DNA of 34,084 nt from Bugula neritina (GCA_964035545.1 CAXIUT010000237.1:1-34084); one strand, 5' to 3'. Counted from the stretch's first letter, positions 23,956-33,983 are shown. The notes: generated by a model not told the origin, from the sequence alone. Translations and numbers: made by a program.

Positions 23956-24722
23956 AGTAAGTTAGTTGTTATTCAGTGCGTCCAGGCTATAATCCTCGAG
24001 ATCCTTATGGTGTTCATGCTCCTCAAGGTCACCAACAGCAAGGAACAGTTATTGTTCACAACAAAAATACAGGAAAAACACAAATTATCATTCCAGGGCA
24101 ACAACAACAACCTCAGTACGGTCATCATCATCAACCACGCCATCAACAACCCCACTATACACCACCTGCACAAGGTCATGGATTCGTCCCACCACCAAGT
24201 AGTGGAGGAGGAATGGGAATGGGAATGAATATGGGAATGAATATGGGAGGAGGAGGAATGGGAGTAGCTATTAATCTTGGAGGAGGAGGCATGGGAGGAG
24301 GCATGGGAGGTGGCATGGGAGGTGGCATGGGAGGTGGCATGGGTTTTAACAAGTGGGCAAATAGTAATGTTAACTACCAGGCAATGCAAGGCTTTCATAA
24401 TGTTGATTATTCAGGAGGATGGAACCCAAATGTGCATGACCAGATGCTTAAAAATAACATCAATACAGTTTACCAGATACATGATATTAATCGTTCGGGG
24501 CAATTGTAAGGACAAGAGTTTTTTAATGCGTATAAAGATCTTTGTTTGAGGATGGGTTTGGCTCCTCCGATGAGCTATCAGGAAGTGTGGGCAAAGGCTT
24601 TGCAGAGTGATACCAATGGAGATGGACAAATAAGTAGGATGGAAATGTTTATGTTGTTCAAAAGTCTACAAGGAGTCAATGCTGGAATGCAAATGCAGTC
24701 AGGAATGGACATGATGTGGTGA
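23956..24722 (+). CDS. Pro/His/Gly/Met-rich two-EF-hand protein, paralog 3
   Basis: Start ATG is formed by splicing A|TG across the intron at 23957-23976; VDYSGGWNP, DINRSGQLEGQE and DTNGDGQISRME. Confidence 0.85.
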
Positions 24723-24759
24723 TTGGTATATCCTTATCTTTAATATCATAATAATTTAA

Positions 24760-24834
24760 GGGGTTGGGGTTGGGGTTGGGGTTGGGGTTGGGGTTGGGGT
24801 TGGGGTTGGGGTTGGGGTTGGGGTTGGGGTTGGG
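24760..24834 (+). repeat. Internal telomeric tract 2, (GGGGTT)12 GGG
   Basis: 75 nt of perfect repeat, starting 37 nt after the stop codon of paralog 3. Confidence 0.97.
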
Positions 24835-24998
24835 ACAAAGGGTAATATATGAAGAACAAAAGCATGATGAACTTCTTGTTTAATGAGATAGTTTACAGCT
24901 AGCATTCTAAACTCTATCAGAATTACCCTTCAAAATATAGCTTAGATTAAAGATATATATGAATCAGAGGATGAGAGGACTATATTGATTGATAAAAG

Positions 24999-25591
24999 AT
25001 GTTTGGTGGTATGGTCTGATTAACGTAGGTGGTATGGGCATGGGCGGCATGGGCATGGGAGGTATGGGAGGAGGCATGGGTATGGGAGGAATGGGAGGCT
25101 TCAATAGGTGGGGAAGTCCTGGTATGAACTATATGGGAATGAACGGATTTTGCAACGTTGACTATTCTGGAGGATGGAATGCAGGTATCCATGACCAGAT
25201 GCTCCAGCAAAAAATATAAATAGTGTTCCAGCGCTATGATATGAACTTTTCTGGACAACTGGAAGGTCAGTAGTTTTTCTATGCTTACCGAGACCTCTGT
25301 CTAATGATGGGAGTTTGTCCTCCAATGAACTATCAAGACGTCTGGGCAGCTGTAGTTCAGAGTGACTACAACGGAAATGGTAGAGTTAGCAGAATTGAGC
25401 TCTTTATGCTCTTCAAACGCATCCAAGGCATTCAAGGAGGAATGGTCTACAACAACTGGAACATGGGAGGAGGAATGGGAGGCATGGGCATGGGAGGCAT
25501 GGGCATGGGAGGCATGGGCATGGGAGGCATGGGCATGGGAGGCATGGGTATGGGAGGCATGGGCATGGGAGGAGGATGGGGAGGTTGGTGA
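24999..25591 (+). CDS. Gly/Met-rich two-EF-hand protein, paralog 4
   Basis: Intron at 25009-25028; VDYSGGWN, DMNFSGQLEGQE and DYNGNGRVSRIE; (GMGMG)n tail ending GWGGW. Confidence 0.88.
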
Positions 25592-25646
25592 TATTCATCT
25601 GCATAACTTTATAGCTTGCTTTTGTTTATTTTTAACTAAAAATAAA

Positions 25647-26414
25647 TCATTGTTGCAGTTTGGAAAGAGGTATTTGAAACAGTTTGGGATAATCCTAGTT
25701 TTATACTAAGTCAATTATATTGATAATTTTCAAGTGACTTTTCTTGGTTTGATGCCTTGCTACATGTTTTATTTTCTTGCTTTTCCGTTTCTTAGATGCT
25801 CTAATTCCTGATGTTGACTTAATTTAGGAGTTTTAGTTTGACTGGATGATTTCTGAATAACTTTGATTGAGAGAGTTATCAATAGACTCTTGAATAACTG
25901 CCTCCCACCATTTCTGTTCTTTTTATTATTTTTCTTAGTTTTTTTGTGGTTAGTCTCCAAATACAAATTTTAATATTTCTGGGTCGCTTTCGCTACTCTG
26001 GTTGATTTAATTGACTGAGTGTTATTTTTGTTCGATGATTGATATTTCTAGTCCATTTTTATCAATGAAAAGAGGTTCAGGAGTATCAACTCGATATACT
26101 TGTGGAAGTATTTAATCAGTTCTTTTCTATTAAAGCTATTCACTCTCATATACATCACATTCATTTGTAAGCATCTTATTTACTTGGTGTTTTCTTTTTG
26201 CATTCTTAGTTCTTTTTTGTCTGCTTGAATTGGATATCAATTCGCTTTGGTTTTATTGGATAAAACTTTTAAAGGATTTTCTTTTTTTTAGGGTTTTTTG
26301 TTTAATTGATTTGTTTGATTTATTGAGGTTGTGTTGGTTATTGGACCTGGTGATTCTTTGGATGACTTGTGAAAATTTGTTGGTTAGTTTTTTAAACATT
26401 TAAAAGATTTTCAT
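25647..26414 (-). CDS. Hypothetical low-complexity protein (255 aa)
   Basis: ATG-to-TGA open frame of 256 codons under code 30; basic N-terminus and acidic middle; no recognisable domain. Confidence 0.55.
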
Positions 26415-26582
26415 CTGCTAGTATATAGTAATTTATTATTGATGATTGAATGTTATGATAAAATAAACTCCTACAAATCTATATGCAAGTCTTTATATTT
26501 AGAATCTCATCAGAACAAATTGATCTATTTCAGGCATAAACTTTATAAACACAATTGAATAGAATCAAAGTAGTGAAGATAA

Positions 26583-27350
26583 TCATTTGCTTTTATTTTT
26601 ATGTACTTTTTCAGTTTTTCCTAAATCTAATAACATTTCTCTGATATCTTAGTTTTCACTGCTATCTTGTTCTAATCCGGTCTTTCCTCTACTTCTTAAA
26701 TGATAGTGCTTACGACTATTCGAGTTGAAAGTCAAAACACCCTAACGATCCCCCATCTTCTTCTTGCTACACCCAGGATTCAATTCTTCTTCTTCATCTT
26801 CTATTGTCTATGGCTTGCTCCTTTTATAAGCTCTTCTTCACAAATGCAAACTCTGCGCTTTCAGACCACTCCTCCATACCACTAATACTTGGCAACTCTT
26901 CGTCTAAAGCACAGCCGTATACTGTAGGAGTTTTGCGAGTGGCTCTGATGACTGAAATGGCAGAAATAGAGAAACTGTCACTCTTAACCGAGGCAGAATC
27001 CGAGAGAAGTATTTTTGAATCTTAGGCAATGAAGCCTAAGTTAAGAATATTGTTGGAAAAGTCGTCGTCGTCGATGGGACTGATTTGAGGAGTGGACTTA
27101 TCGAGAAGAGACATTTCTCCTGGAGTGTTAACAGTTCGGTTGAAAAAGAGGTTCTGCATACCTTTATCACTATTATTAAAATGCTAGCCTTGCTGAGTAG
27201 CTGCTTCTTCTTTATCGTTTTCTTTTACTTTTTTGGAGTTGATCATCCCCTAGAAGTACACACTCTTATATTAAAGATAAAGGTGACTCTTTCAAAAATA
27301 GTATATAAAATATTGAACCAGCAAAAATCTTTAACTATTGTTCAACATGC
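26583..27350 (-). CDS. Hypothetical acidic protein or degraded gene (boundaries uncertain)
   Basis: Coding-like composition with a long open frame from about 27400 to 26794, but the start is unclear (possible ATG at 27159) and frame changes are needed near 26770-26820. Confidence 0.3.
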
Positions 27351-27458
27351 TAACAAAAAGATGCTAAATACAACCAATCAATCAGATATACTATTCTAAC
27401 TAGTCAAAGGAAGTTGTCGACTTTCAAGAGAGGCGGTTAAATGATAGTGTATGGGTGA

Positions 27459-28058
27459 GAATAAGAGTAGGAACTACAAGATAAGAGTAGTAACTACAAG
27501 ATAAAAGTAGTAGCTAAAAGATAGTAGAAACTAAAAGATAGTAGTAACTAAAAGATAAGAGTAATAGACTAAAAGATAGGAGTAATAGACTAAAAGATAG
27601 GAGAAACTAAAAGATAGTAGTAACTAAAAGATAAGAGTAATAGACTAAAAGATAGGAGTAATAGACTAAAAGATAGGAGAAACTAAAAGATAGTAGTAAC
27701 TAAAAGATAAGAGTAATAGACTAAAAGATAGGAGTAATAGACTAAAAGATAGGAGAAACTAAAAGATAGTAGTAACTAAAAGATAAGAGTAATAGACTAA
27801 AAGATAGGAGTAATAGACTAAAAGATAGGAGAAACTAAAAGATAGTAGTAACTAAAAGATAAGAGTAATAGACTAAAAGATAGGAGTAATAGACTAAAAG
27901 ATAGGAGAAACTAAAAGATAGTAGTAACTAAAAGATAAGAGTAATAGACTAAAAGATAGGAGTAATAGACTAAAAGATAGGAGAAACTAAAAGATAGTAG
28001 TAACTAAAAGATAAGAGTAATAGACTAAAAGATAGGAGTAATAGACTAAAAGATAGGA
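27459..28058. repeat. Higher-order minisatellite: about 7 x 76-bp unit made of four CTAAAAGATA-headed subunits (17+21+21+17)
   Basis: Units start at 27531, 27607, 27683, 27759, 27835, 27911 and 27987; degenerate precursor subunits lie at 27459-27530. Confidence 0.95.
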
Positions 28059-28062
28059 TTAA

Positions 28063-29674
28063 TCACTTAGCTAGCAATACAAAGCCATCCCAGCCGATCA
28101 CATACTACTCGATTATGTTGATGTTCCTATAAGCTGCCAACATTGAATATCCTTTGCTTAACAAAAAGGAATATTCTTTATTGATATGAGCTCTCGTCAT
28201 TGAATATTTTTGTTGTATTATTACAAACTATGGATCTTATCCTTTGGACATTTCGTAGAATAGTTGCTGAGGATGTTATTTCAACTAAATGGTCTCATCG
28301 AAATGTTCTAGCTTTCGAAAGGGGGAGGTGTCTATCAGTTTAAAGTTGATATTTCGTTGGAGAATGGTCATTAAGGGCAAAGAATGTGGCTAACATAGAT
28401 ACATAACAGTTAACTTAGGTTGTTCTTATAATGGGTATTTATCTATTTGTTTTCGAAGGTCTCTTAGAATCTATGTTCCACCAGTTTTAGAGCCAATATT
28501 TAAACTAACGAATAGCAATAGATTTATTGATATCACTATCAGAAGTACTACCTTTATTTCTATTAGTTTTTGAAAGCCTTTTATACTTAGAATCAATAAA
28601 AAAGGAGTTACAACTAGTAGAAATCGAGGTTCTTTATGTTTAGATAGTGATAGTAAGAGTATGATTAGAACTGTTAGTATAAATAATTACCAATATTTTT
28701 TGCCCTACCATTATTATAATACTTCAACCTTCCCCTCCTAGATATCTTCTTCTCTTTTGACTTTCATTCTTTTCCACCAGTTCTTGATAAATACTTTATT
28801 TTATTTGATCGATAGTACGAATGGGATGAGGTAAGTGGCCATGATCAGAGGGACAGTAAGATAGAAGTACTATAGAAAAGAGTTGACTCCATAAAGTTCT
28901 GAAAATTTATAAAAGATGTTATACTTAATATCGACATAGATACTTTGAAGAAGTTGTAGTCAATAGAAAGTAATTTCTAATACCATAAACTACCTACAAT
29001 AACACTGAAAACTCCAATCACTACTCTAAGTAAAAAGATGAATACAAAGTGATGGCATTTTTAAAAATAAATTTTATTTTATTATTTTATTTACTGAACA
29101 ATTAATAGGGCCAGATGACCATCCATAGAAACAAACTAGTTGGTCTTAGACTAAAATTTACAATTACTATCGACCGACTGATGAGATCATTTAGATAGTT
29201 TTCCGATCTAGTAGTCCAGAAATAAAAAGCTATCACTATCAAACATGTTTATGCGCTATTGATGTAGATACGATTTAGCATAGAAAAGTAGTACCAGTTG
29301 GTTAGTAAACTTAGTATTATTCCAAATGAAATATTTTTAACGTAGTAGCTGGCAGTCAAAATCAAGAAGTAGTCTGCTGATGTACTTAGCAATAGCTGCA
29401 TTACTTTTGGTGCTATTTATTTTAAATAGGTGGTGCAGAAGGTATGTTAGCAGAGATAGTAACCTAAAGAGAGATAGAGCTGATAGAGAGGACTTCGAAT
29501 TGGTTATTCCATCGTCCATTACCAACTCAAATAACCATAACCATAATAAAAATGATAAGCCACCTATGAACCTTGCCAGTACTCATCAGCTCGATCGAAA
29601 TTGTAGTCCAAGTATAACTGTAGTATTCGCAAAAGTAGCAAGGATATCCAAGCTACAAATAACTCCCTTCTCAT
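28063..29674 (-). CDS. PIGB: GPI mannosyltransferase 3 (PIG-B/Gpi10; Alg9-like GT22 family)
   Basis: DEYWQGSEVAYHFYYGYGYLSWEW, PIRS, APKVMQ, INSAETCL, LRPTS, YNFFKYN..LYG and SKHKEPRFL motifs; two 20-nt introns near 29035 and 28930. Confidence 0.88.
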
Positions 29675-30384
29675 ATCCTATTGCTATTATATTAATTGAA
29701 TAGATTTTGTTTATAGATAATTTATATAATCGATAGTTATAGATAATTAGATGAGGAAGGGTGGAAAAAGATGATTGGAAGAGTAGTGGGTGGAGCTGGA
29801 CGTCAAATAAGTTATTTTATAGATATTGGAATAGATGTTAGCAGTTTAAAGGAGTATGGGGTAAAAGTGAGACAACTTGGCAATTCTATGAATGGATGTT
29901 TATGTTGAGAGGATGTTGAATTGTGAGCCAAAAGATAGTTTTCATAGTAAAGAGTTTAAAAACTTGAAGAACAGCAAAAATAAGCCATAAAGGTATTCAT
30001 TTATGACGAGTCTTAAAATAGTAAATGGTGTTTATTTAAAGGAATTAGAGTTTAGATCAACATAAAATAACTAAAATTAAAAGAATACAAACTAAATCAT
30101 TTGATAAGATATTAATATCTTAAAAAAAAGATAAAAAATTATGAAATGATAAATAGAGATCCATTAAAAATAGTAGCTTATTTCAATAACTTGAACTCTT
30201 AACCTGTTATTTTACTTATAAATTATTGGATCATCACTATCATTTCAATTAACCCTCACCTCTATATTTAAACTTTATCCTGGCATGATAGCATGAACAA
30301 TTATTACTAAGATAAAACTATCATAGTTTATTGATATTTATTTTATATAGTATTTATTGATGAAGCAATATAATATCCTAATTG

Positions 30385-33007
30385 TCAATGATTTAGTCCT
30401 TTTACCTTATTGCTTCTATCTTTAAAAGCATCTTAGATTTTTATTTTACCTAAAATACCTCCAGAACCATCTCTTCTAAATAATTCCTTCATCAAAGAAG
30501 ACTCCTTCCTTTCTTTCACCAAAGAAGACTCCTTCCTTTCTTTCACCAGAGAAGACTCCTTCTTTTCTTTCACCAAAGAAGACTCCTTCCTTTCTTTCAC
30601 CAGAGAAGACTCCTTTTTAGACTTATTTAAATTCTCTTTAGATGTCTTTATTTATCCTTTCTATTTGAAGTTTATCAAGTTAGAATTAAATTATTTAGCT
30701 TAAGCTTTCTTTTAGATAATTTTGTATAATCCTAGTCTTTTATCCGAACATACTTAATCTAGGCAGTCATTTGATTGACGTTTGCTTTCATCTATCATCT
30801 AGGTCTTTGAACTGTTTTGGACATTGTACTTTCTACGGTTGAAAAGTAAGTCGTTGATTGATCGAGGTAGGTTTTTACTTGAAACCTTTTGAATTAATCC
30901 AGAACTACCTGTACAAACATCACTGCCTCTTTCTTTATTAATATAAAAATACTTTTAAAGCTTTTTATTTATGTCATAGTAGGCATGTTCTTTGAAACTT
31001 TTACAGAAAAAAATTATTAGTTGAATCTTTAATCAACTTTTTTTTAATTAAATTATTTTTGAGGGCAATTTTGAGTACAATTTTCTAATGTTTCTTCTAT
31101 TTATCTTTTCCACTTATCTTTTAATAGTATATTTTTATCATAAAGTTTGACATGTTAAAGGTAGTTAGCCATAAGTTATTTTCCTAGGTGTCGATAGCTA
31201 TCATTAGTACACTGTTTGTAGATAGACTATTCTCCGTCATCTTCTTGTGATGGCTAGAAATGTGAGACATTAAGTTGATAAACCAAAGCTTTAGGAAACA
31301 ACTAATTGATAACACAACAAAAGGACTAATTGCTATTTTTTTAAAAGAAGAAACTGTCTTCAAATGAAATCAATTTGTTCCTTCTTGATAATACAAAAGG
31401 AAATATTCTACTGTCTTCACATTGCTACTCATCATTTCTGACGCCTAAAATAGACGAAATTAATCTATCTAGATAAAATATTACTGTTGATGATTGGATG
31501 CTAAGTTGAGACACATGGCTATAGGATGCTGTTTATTAATATTAACCATCCATTCTTTTAGACAGTGTAGTTCTGATTCATATAGAGCATGTGGCTGCTT
31601 CCAGCATTTCTGCAAATCACTGCCTGATAAATTAGATGAACTACTCCCAAATCGAATGCCATCAATATTGAACCTATCCAAATGCTTATTTATCCTACTT
31701 TGCAAAAAGATTATAATTTTGATTAATATACTATTAATAAATAATAATCAATCAATGATATTTATTTTCTCCTTAATTCTTAAATTTTATACCTTTTGAT
31801 TCTTTTTGGGGTTGGGGTTGGGGTTGGGGTTGGGGTTGGGGTTGGGGTTGGGGTTGGGGTTGGGGTTGGGGTTGGGGTTGGGGTTGGGGTTGGGGTTGGG
31901 GTTGGGGTTGGGGTTGGTTTTCTTTCGAATCACATAGCCATTGACAATAGACCCACAAATAGTCTTGCCTATTTCTACCTTTTAGACTTTAGTTAGGCCT
32001 CTTACTTTCTTGAGAATAGCTCTACTAAAATATTTCTAGCATTATAGAGTACCATATGAAGAATCTAAAGCAAATGCTAAGACATCTCTTTTGTTTTTTA
32101 CTTTGATTTAAAATGTTAAATTATAGTACAACTAATCTCTCTTGCTCTAGATCTCCATTTACGATTTTCTGAAACTAATATTCTCTCCACAAAGATGCCA
32201 TCCTTAGCTAAAAGGTTCCTTCCCTGTTTCTCTAAACCCATTCAATTGACAGTACTTGACTCTCATTCCTTTTTCAAACATTTTTCCCATATCCTTGGTC
32301 TACTTATCTCTAGAAGTACCAAATTCATGATTTTAAAGGTGTAGTAGCCTTCTTGTCCAAATTATACTGAAAAGTAAAACCATCCGACCTCTTTGCAACT
32401 GTTGACATCATTCTGTAAAAATAGTTCGTATTCATATGGATCTTTCTAAATATGATCATAGTTACTCGAAGAGCCGCAAATAAGTTGCCTCCTTAGAAGC
32501 TAGAACAAAAGGTAGGATCGAACGAACACCCTCTGTTATTTTTGCTGTCTGGTAGTAAAGATCTACGACTGTTATCAGCCATTTGTAGCCCTAAGTTAGC
32601 AGGAAAGGATGTTTATTGATATATTTGTTGGAAAGGCACATAAAATCCTGTCATTATTCTTGTTCTTAGGTTAATGTCTTTTTGCATGTTGTATTAACTA
32701 TTATCGAACTTCAAAAAAACTATCTGTTCTGATTTACTTTTTAGGTAGTTTCCTAAATAATCAAAGGAGTTAAATGTTTAGCAATATTTAATTAACTAAG
32801 TGTTTCTAGTTTTGGGTGGATTGAATTGAAAGTTATTGAGTCTTTGATCATTTTTCGTTCTGCATTAAAACAAAAGTACATCAGCTTGAAGGTAGGTATT
32901 ACATCTGGAGAGTACTTTTCATTGATGAGTTAATTGGCTGGAAGACGTTTCAGCATAGGCTGTAACTATTAAAATTCAGATTAAGGCTGTTTTCCCTCTC
33001 TTTGCAT
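30385..33007 (-). CDS. Cytosolic carboxypeptidase (M14D, Nna1/CCP)-like gene, catalytically degenerate and interrupted by an internal telomere tract
   Basis: N-half (33007-31918): [45 protein letters not shown]-half (about 31720-30385): [39 protein letters not shown]. Several 20-nt introns. Confidence 0.8.
30493..30616 (-). repeat. Coding 27-bp repeat (KESSLVKER, about 5 copies) in the CCP-like tail
   Basis: GAAGACTCCTTCCTTTCTTTCACCA(A/G)A units visible on the + strand. Confidence 0.85.
31808..31917 (+). repeat. Internal telomeric tract 3, (GGGGTT)18 GG
   Basis: 110 nt of perfect repeat inside the CCP-like gene. Confidence 0.97.
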
Positions 33008-33277
33008 TTAGAATATAGAATATAGATAACATTTAATATTAGAAAGTTACCTAAATAACTTAAAATAAACAACGAAAAAAAACATCAAAAATGAATGGAA
33101 CAAAAAGAAATGCTAATAGCAGAAAATTTAGTTCACCTTTAAGAACTTTCCTTTTCTATAAAAGAAAACGGATAGAATAGTTTCATGATTTAAAATAAAA
33201 CTTTGATTTAAATAATATCTTCAATAATAGGTCTATTAAAAGGATCTTATGAGATATTAAATCTCAAATACTTATAA

Positions 33278-33706
33278 ATGTTATTTAATTATTTTAACTC
33301 AGAACTCTCAGTTCAACCATCCTAGTAATCCACTAGACGACTTACTTCTTTATCATAGACACCTCTCTATCAAATAATCATCTGTCTGGGAAGTATTTGT
33401 CTTCTTCTCATTGCACTGATTGTCTACTACCAACACAAGCATGCGCCTTCAACCCTCCAATTCACTGAATTTAACAGTCAATATGTTGGAAAATAGAGTA
33501 CTAGGTCAAACAGTTAAGCAGAATTTCCTAACTTTGGAGTCGATATTCTTAAAGAACCTAAATTTGAGCCATAAGAACAACAATAAAGCTAAAATTCACC
33601 AAGAACAAAAAGAAGAAAAAGAAAAGTAGATAGAATATAAAGAAAGTAACAAAATAATAATAGCTTAGATCTGACTCCTCCCACTTCTCTGAAAAATTAA
33701 AACTGA
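33278..33706 (+). CDS. Hypothetical single-pass membrane protein (142 aa)
   Basis: ATG-to-TGA ORF with TM segment IIICLGSICLLLIALIVYY and a charged tail. Confidence 0.55.
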
Positions 33707-33983
33707 TAACTTTATAAAATGATAGACAGCAAAAAAATTATTGAAAAGTGCTTTTCGCTGTTGTTGTTTTTAAAGAATCAAACATACAACATTTGAAAAA
33801 CATAGTTTAGCTTTTTTTATAATCTGTATGGTATTTTATAAATTAAGTTTTTTTTAATCAAGAAAAGATCTAATATAAAACGGAGTCAGGATTTGTGGGT
33901 TCATTAAAATATTGTAGTTAGATATGTTATAGCATACTAAAATAACAATAGTATTAAAATGGATTTATACTATAATAATTCGA

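Noticed and set aside
22222-25709. Many overlapping alternative-frame and antisense ORFs in the EF-hand cluster
   Set aside because: They are shadows of Gly/Met/Gln codon repeats; only one frame carries the EF-hand core.
27531-28058. CRISPR-like array (constant CTAAAAGATA plus variable part)
   Set aside because: The variable parts are 7-11 nt and recur periodically instead of being unique spacers; eukaryotic context and no cas genes.
27451-28146. Plus-strand ATG opening a stop-free frame through the minisatellite
   Set aside because: It is open only because the repeat lacks TGA; the unit is not a multiple of 3, it overlaps PIG-B antisense, and there is no other coding evidence.
29750-30150. 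Possible short plus-strand gene in purine-rich sequence
   Set aside because: All three frames hit TGA within about 50 codons and no consistent intron solution or recognisable motif was found.
15956-31917. Telomere-bearing transposon (TBE-like) or end-to-end chromosome fusion
   Set aside because: The tracts are direct, not inverted; there is no transposase ORF or terminal inverted repeat, and no GGGGTT/AACCCC head-to-head junction.
31773-31996. ORF-track poly-QP/GV proteins (also poly-PN at 15821-16096)
   Set aside because: These are translations of telomeric repeat.
281-33706. Widespread pseudogenisation, or the standard ciliate UAR=Gln code, or split TAA/TAG meanings
   Set aside because: Both codons fall on invariant Glu positions in many unrelated proteins.
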